This document shows positions 1 through 8,213 of a stretch of DNA of 32,000 nt, in pieces. Source of the stretch: Nitrosomonas europaea (lineage in GTDB: Bacteria > Pseudomonadota > Gammaproteobacteria > Burkholderiales > Nitrosomonadaceae); contig NZ_FUWK01000010.1 in the NCBI RefSeq assembly GCF_900167395.1, forward strand, positions 1-32,000, in the 5' to 3' direction. Each line of letters begins with the position of its first letter. Position 1 is the stretch's first letter. A model generated the notes under the pieces. It was given only the letters and a program-made list of their open reading frames with translations. It did not search any database and was not told the DNA's origin. The translations under genes were made by a program, and so were the position numbers.

Positions 1-325
1 TGCTTTCTTGCATATCTTCGACCGTGTCTGCCTGGAAAATGGTACGGAACATCGCCTGACCCAGCCAAATCACCCCTGGACCAATGGTCAAGTCGAACGC
101 ATGAACCGCACCCTCAAGGAAGCAACCGTCAAACGCTATCATTATGAAAATCATCAACAGTTGCGAGAGCATCTTTACAGCTTCCTGAATGCCTACAACT
201 TCGCCAGGCGACTCAAAACCTTACGAGGACTCACACCTTACGAATACATCATCAAATGCTGGCAAAACGAACCTGAACGTTTTATCATCAATCCATACCA
301 TCACAAAGTGGGACTAAACAGGTAG
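1..325 (+). CDS. DDE transposase (rve/integrase core, IS481-family type), C-terminal fragment; 5' end lies outside the window
   Basis: The frame is open from nt 2. The translation ...HRLTQPNHPWTNGQVERMNRTLKEATVKRYHY...LKTLRGLTPYEYIIKCWQNEPERF... carries the TNGxxER signature and the tail typical of IS481-type transposases. The track 'start' at 8 is a TTG inside the frame. Confidence 0.75.
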   Translation, partial: AFLHIFDRVCLENGTEHRLTQPNHPWTNGQVERMNRTLKEATVKRYHYENHQQLREHLYSFLNAYNFARRLKTLRGLTPYEYIIKCWQNEPERFIINPYHHKVGLNR

Positions 326-520
326 TGGGTTAGCCTCTTCACGCAGCGGAAAATCGGCAAAACGTCCCGCCAGTTCCAGACAGTCCTGCGGCCATTCTTG
401 TGTGGCATATTTGGTAATGAATTCAGCCACCCAACGGCTTTTGGATAGCCCACTGGCTTTGGCGCGCTGCTCGATCAGCGCCTGGATTTCGTCATCAAGA
501 TAAAGCGTGATTTGCGACAT
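314..520 (-). CDS. Ribbon-helix-helix (CopG/VapB-like) antitoxin-type protein, apparently orphan
   Basis: 68 aa, MSQITLYLDDEIQALIEQRAKASGLSKSRWVAEFI.... The N-terminal beta-strand plus two helices match RHH antitoxins. ATG at 520 is preceded by GAGGTG; the track start at 532 is a TTG. The 3' end overlaps the transposase stop region. Confidence 0.6.
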   Translation of the reverse strand: MSQITLYLDDEIQALIEQRAKASGLSKSRWVAEFITKYATQEWPQDCLELAGRFADFPLREEANPLPV

Positions 521-552
521 GTCACACCTCAAACAAATAAAATATATTAGGA

Positions 553-581
553 AATATAAGTGTAGTGCAAGAAGCTGTCAA
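553..581 (-). promoter_or_regulatory. Candidate sigma70 promoter for the RHH gene (TTGACA-N17-TATATT)
   Basis: On the minus strand, TTGACA lies at 581-576, followed by a 17-nt spacer and TATATT at 558-553, about 30 nt upstream of the ATG at 520. Confidence 0.35.
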
Positions 582-670
582 TGAGGGTGATTGGATATGA
601 GCGCGCGGGCTTCGGTGCAGTTGGGTATGTTACAAAACATTGGTTGCTTTGTTCTCCGGCGTGCCTTTAA

Positions 671-821
671 GGAATCTCTGAAAAACTACCTGCGTTGCCA
701 TTTCTGCGTTAAAAATCGGCTTAAAATGCTCATTTATTATGTATATTTTACTCGGCGCCAGCGCCTCGCCCTACGGGCCAGCCTTGAACTGACTGCCTCG
801 TCGACGTTTTTCAGAGGTTCC
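671..821. repeat. MITE-like palindromic repeat element (full copy, about 151 bp) with terminal inverted repeats
   Basis: The left end GGAATCTCTGAAAAAC is the imperfect reverse complement of the right end GTTTTTCAGAGGTTCC. The left half recurs at 11471-11512 and the right half at 25483-25516. The interior carries a GCCTCGCC motif shared with the element at 20927-21068. Confidence 0.6.
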
Positions 822-992
822 TTAACAACGGGTTTTGCCGAATGATTCATAATCTGAAAACAGTGTGATCCGGGAATGTCTTGTTATAATTATCGGATCG
901 CTGCAGTTTTCAGTCCTGTCATAACGGAAAAGCGGGGTGGAGGTGTCTTGTAAAGGTAACATGCCCATCTCATCCTCTTCGGAAACAAACAG

Positions 993-1066
993 GCGGGTGT
1001 AGTTCAATGGCAGAACGGTAGCTTCCCAAGCTGCATACGAGGGTTCGATTCCCTTCACCCGCTCCA
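993..1066 (+). tRNA. tRNA-Gly (anticodon CCC)
   Basis: GCGGGTG/CACCCGC acceptor stem, GTAGC-TTCCCAA-GCTGC anticodon arm with CCC, GAGGG-TTCGATT-CCCTT T-arm and an encoded CCA end; 74 nt. Confidence 0.93.
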
Positions 1067-1269
1067 ATCTGACGATCTTTCTCTTCATGTTTTAGCCATT
1101 AGCACCAAGGCGTAGCGTTTCCGATTTTCGTGGAGCGACAACTTGTCCAAAGACCTTGGTGTGATCGTGATCGTCGATCGAAAACAATCTCTTCCAGCGC
1201 ATACCCGAGCTGTCGATGAGGTAACAAATGCTGCACAAGCAGTGGGTGTCTGGGTGCTTTTCACGCAGC

Positions 1270-1639
1270 TAGTTCTCCGTACTGTATCTGACTCTTCTGG
1301 AGCACTGCGCCGAGCTGATCCAGCAGTTTCCCGCTTCCGAGAGCTTTCACCACTCTACCCAATGCTATGCTGGACGGTGGGCTGGGCTTTACCTTGGTGT
1401 CTTGGCGGCGATCCAAAACGTTCGGGTAACACGCGGCTGAGATTGATCAGAAAGCGTACTTGTGCCGGGCGGCCCAGAATCGGCTGGTTGATGAAATTCG
1501 CCGGCAGTCACGCCATGAAGTACTGTCTCTGCATGAGCTGAGCGACGATGAACATCCCCTGCAGCATGATCCGGATGTGGCGCTTCGAACTGCGGATCTC
1601 TGGGCGCTGTTCCCCACATTCACCCAGCGGCTGGCTACG
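1270..1639 (+). pseudogene. ECF sigma factor (FecI-like) remnant, frameshifted and internally deleted
   Basis: Fragments ...FSVLYLTLLEHCAELIQQF... (preceded by a stop) and ...KAYLCRAAQNRLVDEIRRQSRHE... resemble ECF sigma regions 1-2. Region 4 is absent. The reading frame runs directly into FecR-like sequence. Confidence 0.4.
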
Positions 1640-2286
1640 TCGAAAGGTGAGCGCCGGCAAATCGGGCTGCCGGATGGTTCACACATCGATCTGAATACCG
1701 ACACAGATATCTCTATTGCCTTTTATGATACTCGCCGCACTGTCGAACTGCATCGTGGCGAGGCTTTGTTTTCCATTAGCCACGATATCCCGCCAGGCCG
1801 TTCCTGGTCGAAGCGGGCGATGCACGCGTGCTGGTTACCAGCACGCAATTCGACGTACGGCGCAACGAAGATCGTGTCATGGTCGCCGTACAGGCAGGGT
1901 CGGTCGAGTTTTCCGCCGGCCCCTGGTGGCGACGCAAGCATGCACTTCTGACGGCGGGCCAGGTTTCAGTGGCATCGCCGCAAGATGGTCTGGTATCTCC
2001 GTACCCTGATCATATCGAGACCATCACGGCCTGGCAGCGGGGGCGTCTGATCTTTCGCGATGTCCCTCTATCCGACGTGGCGGCCGAGCTGAGCCGCTAC
2101 CTGACCCGCCCGCTGCGTGTCGCTGATGCGCGACTGGGGCAACTGCGTATCTCCAGCACGCTGAGCATCGAGACACCGGAAGCAGCCCTGGACATCCTGC
2201 CTGAAATCGCGCCAGTGACCGTTATACGTCATGTCGATGGCGGTGCCGTGCTTGTGAGCTTGTTGAGCTTTCCTCTGAGAGAGTAA
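1640..2286 (+). pseudogene. FecR-family anti-sigma/transmembrane sensor remnant (N-terminally truncated, one frameshift near 1790-1800)
   Basis: One frame reads ...RRQIGLPDGSHIDLNTDTDISIAFYDTRRTVELHRGEALFSISHD. It continues in another frame as ARPFLVEAGDARVLVTSTQFDVRR...ITAWQRGRLIFRDVPLSDVAAELSRY.... These are classic FecR and FecR_C motifs split over two frames. Confidence 0.7.
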
Positions 2287-2289
2287 CCG

Positions 2290-2655
2290 CAAAGGGCTTC
2301 CACCTGGTACGCCACTCAAGCCTGTCATCGGACGCAGTTATGAGGTGTTGGTGTCAAGGGCAGTCTGTTCGATGAATGATTGAATACAGCGCTTTCTATT
2401 CCATCAAACGCAATGGCCAGGCAGTACGAGACCCGGCCTATCCACCGACTCCTGGTGATCTGGGCAGCAGTTGCTGCTATTTGGATGATGGCCGCATTAC
2501 CAGCCGAGGGGTGGACATCGAGGTCAGTGGTTAAATCGTGTCAGGTTGGCAGATTCTGGCCGGTTACACGTTCAACGATAATGAAAGTAAGGCAGGTGCA
2601 AATACCAATCCAAACGCTGGCAACTGGTACGGTGCACTACGTAATTTTTTGGTGA
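2290..2655 (+). pseudogene. TonB-dependent (siderophore-type) receptor, C-terminal remnant only, with stops and frameshifts
   Basis: Pieces ...LKPVIGRSYEVxVKGSLFDE*LNTALSI... and ...SRGVDIEVSG*IVSGWQILAGYTFNDNESKAG...NFW resemble the last beta-strands of a TonB-dependent receptor and end in an aromatic residue. The plug and most of the barrel are absent. Confidence 0.6.
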
Positions 2656-2829
2656 GTATGCGGTATAGTTATTGATGAGACATCGATTACGCTAAACACG
2701 CTGTCGGACTGGCAGGCTGCTACTGTTTTGTCCGACAACAATTGCCACGGCCGAAACTGTGGCCGAGGCGTGCTGCGGTGCTCATCGGGTTACCGTGTTC
2801 ATGGCCGTCTCTTGTTACATGAGGAATGC

Positions 2830-3288
2830 CTATTCCAGCTGGCTCCAATTCGGTTTGCTTGCCTGTATCAATGCGTTCCAGTCGTCTGGCGGGTTTCCGC
2901 GTCCGAGCATCTTTTCGAATATGGTATACGGGTCTGACTTGCTGCCCGATGACCGCAGGGTCTGCTCATCATTGACCCAGGTGTACACGATGACTTTTGC
3001 CTTCGAGTCGTACCGGAAGAACAGCCGGTACCGCCTTCCGAGTTTGGCCCGTCGCCAGTGGCGATAGGTTGGTCCCATGGTATTGCCCTGACGATATTCG
3101 TCGCGCACCGGATCGCCCGGCACCACGTCTTGCATTAGCTGGATCAAGGCCCGGAAGAACTTGACGTTGGTGTTGGATCCGAAGTCCTCCGGGTCGTTCT
3201 CTTGCGCACGCAGCACAGCCGCACGCAACCTCATCAACTGCTCGATCAGGTTGTCGTGGAACAACAGCGTCCAGCCATGCTGTTGCAT
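2830..3288 (-). CDS. yhaV: Type II toxin YhaV-family ribonuclease
   Basis: 152 aa. GRRYRLFFRYDSKAKVIVYTWVNDEQTLRSSGSKSDPYTIFEKMLGRGNPPDDW closely parallels E. coli YhaV (GRYRLFFRY...NDENTLR...KMLKRGHPPADW). The start overlaps the upstream stop (TGATG). Confidence 0.9.
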   Translation of the reverse strand: MQQHGWTLLFHDNLIEQLMRLRAAVLRAQENDPEDFGSNTNVKFFRALIQLMQDVVPGDPVRDEYRQGNTMGPTYRHWRRAKLGRRYRLFFRYDSKAKVIVYTWVNDEQTLRSSGSKSDPYTIFEKMLGRGNPPDDWNALIQASKPNWSQLE

Positions 3289-3605
3289 CAGATTTCTACG
3301 TCCTCATCGAAATCATCGCCCAGGACTACGTTGTGGCCCGTATGCTCCAGCATCGTGCGAATCAGATCTTCCGGCAAACCACGAATGTTCCGGCCAGCCT
3401 CGATATCGCGAGCCAGAAGGGCCAGGAATGCAGCAATGGCGGGATCCTCGTGCCCGGTATCGGCACGGGTAACGATCACTTCGCCGCCACGCAGCTCGAA
3501 CGCAAGCTTGCTGCCAGTATCGGCGCCAAGTGCCTGCCGGATGGATTTGGGCAACGTGATCTGGCCTTTGGAGGTCAGCGTGGCAACTTCATGAATGGTA
3601 GGCAT
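3288..3605 (-). CDS. prlF: Type II antitoxin PrlF/SohA (AbrB/SpoVT fold)
   Basis: 105 aa. The N-terminal LTSKGQITLPKSIRQALG is a SpoVT/AbrB swapped-hairpin motif, and the tail DDFDEDVEI is acidic. The gene sits directly upstream of yhaV and is coupled to it. AGGAG RBS. Confidence 0.85.
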   Translation of the reverse strand: MPTIHEVATLTSKGQITLPKSIRQALGADTGSKLAFELRGGEVIVTRADTGHEDPAIAAFLALLARDIEAGRNIRGLPEDLIRTMLEHTGHNVVLGDDFDEDVEI

Positions 3606-3632
3606 GGCAGTTCTCCTGAAAGTAATGTTTGT

Positions 3633-3660
3633 ATTGTAAGGAAATTTCCTTTCTTGTCAA
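3633..3660 (-). promoter_or_regulatory. prlF-yhaV promoter (TTGACA-N16-TACAAT) with a perfect 14-bp palindrome in the spacer (candidate autorepression operator)
   Basis: On the minus strand, TTGACA lies at 3660-3655 and TACAAT at 3638-3633. The palindrome AAGGAAATTTCCTT at 3638-3651 fills the spacer. The ATG is at 3605. Confidence 0.5.
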
Positions 3661-3886
3661 TGTGGAGCTTCATGTGGTCAGGGCAACCGGGTGAAAAAAT
3701 AAGTAATTCTATAAATCAATTGGTTGTTGCTTCATTCATCTTGGTATATGTAAAAGAATATTAAATATCAATAAGTTGTTTTTGTAGCACGATTGCTCTG
3801 TATGAGGTGCGCTGGCGAGCTTCACTTCCGGGTCGAGTAACTTATAATAATGGATTAATCAAATCCGGGCGCTCGGAGATAAAACG

Positions 3887-5830
3887 ATGAACAGGTCCAA
3901 ACCTTTTTTTCTGTCGAATCTGCTGGTTCAGTGGCTGGCAATGCTCATATTTATGGTCAGCTTGCATGGCACGGCCGCCGCTGCGCCCGCTGATGACGAG
4001 AGGGCGCAGACCATCGTGCATATGCTCGATTACGTAGGCGTGGATTATCCCGAGTTCGTGCAGGACGGCAAGGTACTCAATGCTGAGGAGTACGAGGAGC
4101 AGCGCGAGTTTGCCACGCAGGCCATTACGCTGTTGGAGCAGTTGCCCAAAGTGCCGGAGCAGCCGGCGCTGCAGCAGCAGGCTCACGCGCTGCTGGCACG
4201 TATCGAGGCCAAGGCGCCAGGCAGTGAAGTTTCTGCGTTGGCCAGCCAACTGCGTGCGGGTGTGATTCAGGCGTGGAAGCTCAGCGTGGCGCCGCGTCAG
4301 GCGCCGGATCTGATGTTGGGTGCTAAATTGTTCGCTCAGCACTGTGCTACTTGTCATGGTGCGGAAGGTCATGGCGATGGGCCGCTGGCCAAGGGCATGG
4401 AGCCGGCCCCCAGCAATTTCCATGATGAGGCGCGTATGCGCCAGCGCAGTCTCTATGGCTTCTACAACACCATCACGCTCGGTGTGGGCGGCACGCCGAT
4501 GCGTGCATTTACCGAATTCTCCGAAGCGGATCGCTGGGCGCTTGCTTTCTTTGCAGGCAGTCTGCGCGCCGACCCGGAGGCTGTTGCGCGTGGTGAGGTT
4601 GCATGGCGCGAGGGCCAGGGAAAGGCCGCGTTCGACAGCTTGAAATCGCTGGTTGATCAGGCACCCGGCGATCAGGCCGAGGCCGGCACGGTACTGGATG
4701 CGGTGCGTACCTACCTGACACAGCAGCCGCAGGCGCTACAGGCAGTTGCACCAGCGCCGCTGGCGTTCTCGCGCGCCAAACTCGATGAAGTGGTGCAGGC
4801 CTATACGCGTGGCGACCGTGAAGGCGCACGTCGGTTGGCGATTGCGGCCTATCTGGAAGGTTTCGAGCTGGTCGAATCCGCTCTGGATAATGTGGATGCG
4901 CTGTTACGTGCCGAGGTCGAGCGCGAAATGATGGCACTGCGTGCAGCCATTGGTGACGGCCAGTCTGCCGAAGCTGTGTCAGCTCAGGTTGTTAAAGTCA
5001 AGGCATTGCTCAATCGTGCCGACGACGTGCTGTCGGGCAGCAGTTTGTCGCCAATGACAGCTTTCGTGAGTTCATTGCTGATCTTGCTGCGTGAGGGGTT
5101 GGAGGCGATCCTGGTACTGTCGGCCATTATCGCCTTTGTCATCAAGACCGGACGGCGCGATGCTTTGCCCTACATCCATGCGGGCTGGATCGGTGCGGTG
5201 GTGCTGGGTGTCATCACCTGGGCGGTGGCAAGCTACGTGATCAATATCTCGGGTGCGAACCGTGAACTCACCGAGGGCATCACGGCGCTGCTGGCTGCGG
5301 CAATGCTGCTGTACGTGGGCTGGTGGCTGCACAGTCGCGCGAATGCACAGGCCTGGAGCCGCTTTATCCGCGAGCAGGTAAACGTAGCACTCGGCAAGCG
5401 TACGCTGTGGGCAATGGCTGGCATTTCGTTCCTTGCAGTGTATCGTGAGCTGTTCGAAGTGATCCTGTTTTACGAGGCACTGTGGGTGCAGGCTGGCGTG
5501 GAAGGTCATACTTCAGTACTGTGGGGTATCATGGCCGCAACAGCACTGCTGGTGCTGATCGGCGGCGCCATCCTGCGTTATAGCGTGCGGTTGCCGATCG
5601 GACCGTTCTTTGCGGTTATGTCGGTACTGCTGGCGTTCATGGCTGTAGTGTTCGTCGGTAACGGTGTCGCGGCCCTGCAGGAGGCAGGTATGCTCGATGC
5701 GACGGCGGTGCGCTTCATTTCGCTGCCGCTGCTGGGCATCCATCCGACCGAGCAAGGACTTACGCTGCAGGCGCTGACGCTGTTGCTGATCGCAGGTGGC
5801 TTCTGGTTCAATCGCAGGAAAACGGCGTAG
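3887..5830 (+). CDS. Cytochrome c / FTR1-family high-affinity iron permease fusion protein
   Basis: 647 aa with a signal peptide. The periplasmic region carries the heme c motif CATCHG plus a distal ...GGTPM.... The C-terminal polytopic domain carries two REXXE-type FTR1/EfeU motifs (LREGLEAIL, YRELFEVIL). GGAG RBS. Confidence 0.85.
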   Translation: MNRSKPFFLSNLLVQWLAMLIFMVSLHGTAAAAPADDERAQTIVHMLDYVGVDYPEFVQDGKVLNAEEYEEQREFATQAITLLEQLPKVPEQPALQQQAHALLARIEAKAPGSEVSALASQLRAGVIQAWKLSVAPRQAPDLMLGAKLFAQHCATCHGAEGHGDGPLAKGMEPAPSNFHDEARMRQRSLYGFYNTITLGVGGTPMRAFTEFSEADRWALAFFAGSLRADPEAVARGEVAWREGQGKAAFDSLKSLVDQAPGDQAEAGTVLDAVRTYLTQQPQALQAVAPAPLAFSRAKLDEVVQAYTRGDREGARRLAIAAYLEGFELVESALDNVDALLRAEVEREMMALRAAIGDGQSAEAVSAQVVKVKALLNRADDVLSGSSLSPMTAFVSSLLILLREGLEAILVLSAIIAFVIKTGRRDALPYIHAGWIGAVVLGVITWAVASYVINISGANRELTEGITALLAAAMLLYVGWWLHSRANAQAWSRFIREQVNVALGKRTLWAMAGISFLAVYRELFEVILFYEALWVQAGVEGHTSVLWGIMAATALLVLIGGAILRYSVRLPIGPFFAVMSVLLAFMAVVFVGNGVAALQEAGMLDATAVRFISLPLLGIHPTEQGLTLQALTLLLIAGGFWFNRRKTA

Positions 5831-6086
5831 TTACTGTACTTCGCACCGAAGGTCGATGACCGGCTGTAACCGTGATGCTCCATGTTCAGAAAAGCGCGGT
5901 TCTGCTGATATCCCCATGTATAATTGGGCCGTTTGCGGGTTATAAGTGGCTTTCTCATTTAGTCTGTGGCAGCTTCTTTTACCCGTTCATCATGTGGCTG
6001 TTAAACCAGTCCTGTCTTTGTCCGATGGAACTACTCGTACCGAGAGTGATTCTTTAACTACTACAAAAAACTTCAGAAAGAAACTG

Positions 6087-6680
6087 ATGGCTATTCGTTC
6101 AATCAGATCACTGTTGTGCAGCCTGTTCGCAGTTTTATCGTTGCTGATACCTTTTGGCGCAATTTCAGCGGAAAAGACCACGGTCATCCCGGAGTCTCTG
6201 AAAATCCTTGGCTGGGTAGAGTTTACCCGTCTGGAGCCCTGGGGAATCAAGACGCCTGCCCGGATCGATACCGGCGCCAATACTTCTTCCATGAGTGCTC
6301 GTGATATCAATGTATTCAAGAGAAATGGCAAGACATGGGTCAGGTTTACTTTTGACTTCAAGAAGGGTACGGCGGAGCGTTCCATCGAGATCGAGCGTCC
6401 GCTGGTGCGTATGGTTAAAATCAAGCAGCATGATGGTCCCTCGCAGGAGCGCCCGGTGATCTCCATGGAGATTTGTCTGGCTGATGAAATCCGGGAGGCC
6501 GAATTCGATCTGATCGACCGGCGTGCTTTGAATTACCCGGTACTGCTCGGGCGCAAGGCGCTGGCCGGATATGTGGTAGTCGATCCTGCACGTGCCTATC
6601 TCACCAAGGCAGTGTGTGGCCATACCAAAAAGAAAAAAAAGGGCAGTGAACCAGCTGATCCCGGGCAGCAGCACGAATGA
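6087..6680 (+). CDS. Secreted DUF785 / 'ATP-dependent zinc protease' (retropepsin-like, RimB-type) protein
   Basis: 197 aa counted from the internal ATG. It has a signal peptide (MAIRSIRSLLCSLFAVLSLLIPFGAISA) and the motifs GWVEFTRL...ARIDTGANTSSMSA and ...NYPVLLGRKAL typical of the family. The stop overlaps the next start (ATGA). Confidence 0.75.
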   Translation: MAIRSIRSLLCSLFAVLSLLIPFGAISAEKTTVIPESLKILGWVEFTRLEPWGIKTPARIDTGANTSSMSARDINVFKRNGKTWVRFTFDFKKGTAERSIEIERPLVRMVKIKQHDGPSQERPVISMEICLADEIREAEFDLIDRRALNYPVLLGRKALAGYVVVDPARAYLTKAVCGHTKKKKKGSEPADPGQQHE

Positions 6681-8209
6681 GAAAACTGCATCTGTATCTG
6701 CTGGCATTCATACTGTGTCTTGCGGGATTGGGGCTGGCTTATTACAAAGCTGCGGTAATCGGCCTGCCTTTGACTGCCTCTGAAGAGGCGCAGGTATGGA
6801 ATATCGAGGCCCGTATCAGTTTTCGTGCCAAACCGGACAGTGCAATCAAGGTAACCCTGCCGCTGCCTTTCAATCCTGCCGGTTATTCCATCCTCGATGA
6901 GGATTTCGTCAGTGCAGATTACGGACTGGCAATCGAACAGGATAACACTGGCCGTGTTGCGCGCTGGGCCAAGCGAAGGGCGCAGGGTAAACAGTTACTG
7001 TTTTACCGGGCCGTATTGTTCGAAAACGAGGAAGTTGCACCCAAATCGGATGCCGCACCGGTTTACCCGAAACCACCCGAGTACCCAGAGAATCTGGCAC
7101 CGGTGATTCAGGGAGTGCTGGACAAGGCGCGCCAGCAGTCAGCCGATACCATTTCCTTTACACAGCGGGTGATTGAACAATTGAATGCGGCAGCATCGAT
7201 ACCGGAGCTGAAATTGCTGGTGAAGCATGTCAGCCGTACGCGTAATCTGGCTAAAACCCTGAGCTGGGTGCTGGCCGGTGCCCGTATTCCATCCCGTGTC
7301 ATTCGGGGATTACGCTTGCAGGATGACAAGGACTACGCGGATCTGGAACATTTTCTGCAGGTTTATGATGGTGAGCAGTGGCGCACCCTGAATATCAAAG
7401 ATGGCCAGGAGGGCCTGCCGTCGAATTTCATCATCTGGCAGATCGATGATGACCGTTCCTTCTCGATTGAGGGGGCTTCCGAATCCGGAATCCAGTATTC
7501 AGTCGCCAGAACCTTACAGGAAACCGTCAACATTGCCGGGTTCCGTTCGGCGGAGAAAGGCTCCCATCTGATGGATTTTTCGCTGTATTCCTTACCGGTG
7601 CATACCCAGAACGTGTACAAGGTGTTGCTGATGGTGCCGCTGGGGGCGCTGGTCGTCGTGTTCATGCGTAACATCATCGGAATCCGTACGTTTGGTACAT
7701 TCATGCCCATTCTGATCGCACTGGCTTTCCGTGAAACAGAATTGTTCTGGGGATTGATTCTGTTCAGCCTGATCGTGGGGCTCGGGCTGCTGTTGCGCGC
7801 TTATGTCGAACAGCTGAAGCTGTTGCTGGTTCCCCGCCTGGCGGCGGTGCTGACCATGGTTGTCCTGCTGATGGCGGGGGTCAGCGTCATCATGCACAAG
7901 CTCGGGTTCGAAATGGGGTTGTCCGTGGCCCTGTTTCCGATGGTGATCATGACGATGACGATCGAGCGCATGTCGCTGACCTGGGAAGAGGCCGGACCGG
8001 CGGAGGCATTCAAGCAGGTGTCGGGCAGTTTGCTGGTGGCAGTGATCGGGTACCTGGCCATGAATATCAGCGAGTTCCAGTATATGTTTTTCGTATTTCC
8101 TGAACTGTTACTGGTGTTGCTGGCTGTGATTCTGCTGCTGGGCCGCTACTCCGGCTACCGGCTGATGGAGCTCTGGCGTTTCCGTGCGTTCGCACGGAAC
8201 AAGCCGTAA
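6677..8209 (+). CDS. Inactive transglutaminase-like domain fused to a 7TM domain (UUP1-type membrane protein)
   Basis: 510 aa. An N-terminal TM helix is followed by an extracytoplasmic domain of about 300 aa and a hydrophobic block of about 7 helices (LMVPLGALVVVFMRNIIGIRTFGTFMPILIALAF...). It sits between the DUF785 and ATP-grasp genes, as in the known conserved cassette. Confidence 0.7.
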   Translation: MRKLHLYLLAFILCLAGLGLAYYKAAVIGLPLTASEEAQVWNIEARISFRAKPDSAIKVTLPLPFNPAGYSILDEDFVSADYGLAIEQDNTGRVARWAKRRAQGKQLLFYRAVLFENEEVAPKSDAAPVYPKPPEYPENLAPVIQGVLDKARQQSADTISFTQRVIEQLNAAASIPELKLLVKHVSRTRNLAKTLSWVLAGARIPSRVIRGLRLQDDKDYADLEHFLQVYDGEQWRTLNIKDGQEGLPSNFIIWQIDDDRSFSIEGASESGIQYSVARTLQETVNIAGFRSAEKGSHLMDFSLYSLPVHTQNVYKVLLMVPLGALVVVFMRNIIGIRTFGTFMPILIALAFRETELFWGLILFSLIVGLGLLLRAYVEQLKLLLVPRLAAVLTMVVLLMAGVSVIMHKLGFEMGLSVALFPMVIMTMTIERMSLTWEEAGPAEAFKQVSGSLLVAVIGYLAMNISEFQYMFFVFPELLLVLLAVILLLGRYSGYRLMELWRFRAFARNKP

Positions 8210-8213
8210 TACC

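Noticed and set aside
591-1088. ORFs 591-845 (+) and 822-1088 (-).
   Set aside because: The first is read straight through the palindromic repeat element. The second is antisense to tRNA-Gly. Neither has an RBS or any family resemblance.
1067-1270. Expected an integrase or att site immediately downstream of the tRNA.
   Set aside because: Neither strand shows tyrosine-recombinase motifs on translation, and I could not find a repeat of the tRNA 3' end by eye. A computational search is needed.
1143-2655. Intact-looking track ORFs in the islet (1143-1541, 1460-1951, 1716-2009, 1828-2286, 2380-2655).
   Set aside because: They are alternative-frame pieces of the decayed fecI, fecR and TonB-receptor genes, so they are annotated as pseudogene remnants rather than as separate genes.
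3842-3862. Fur-box-like AT-rich sequence (TTATAATAATGGATTAATCAA) overlapping a TATAAT just upstream of the FTR1 fusion gene.
   Set aside because: It matches the 19-bp Fur consensus only partly when compared by eye, and without PWM scoring it cannot be told from a generic AT-rich promoter. It is listed as something to test, not as a feature.
3842-5958. Antisense or out-of-frame ORFs over the cytochrome c/FTR1 gene (3842-4423, 4080-4265, 4320-4643, 4509-4937, 4746-4931, 5072-5509, 5233-5424, 5513-5755, 5578-5958).
   Set aside because: They are Arg/Pro/Gln-rich translations typical of non-coding frames in a GC-rich gene. The sense frame has clear heme c and REXXE motifs.
6621-6640. A-rich tract (AAAAAGAAAAAAAAGGG) near the 3' end of the DUF785 gene, considered as a possible slippage or phase-variation site.
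   Set aside because: It encodes a plausible Lys-rich tail in frame and the gene ends normally with an ATGA overlap. There is no evidence of frameshifting in this sequence.
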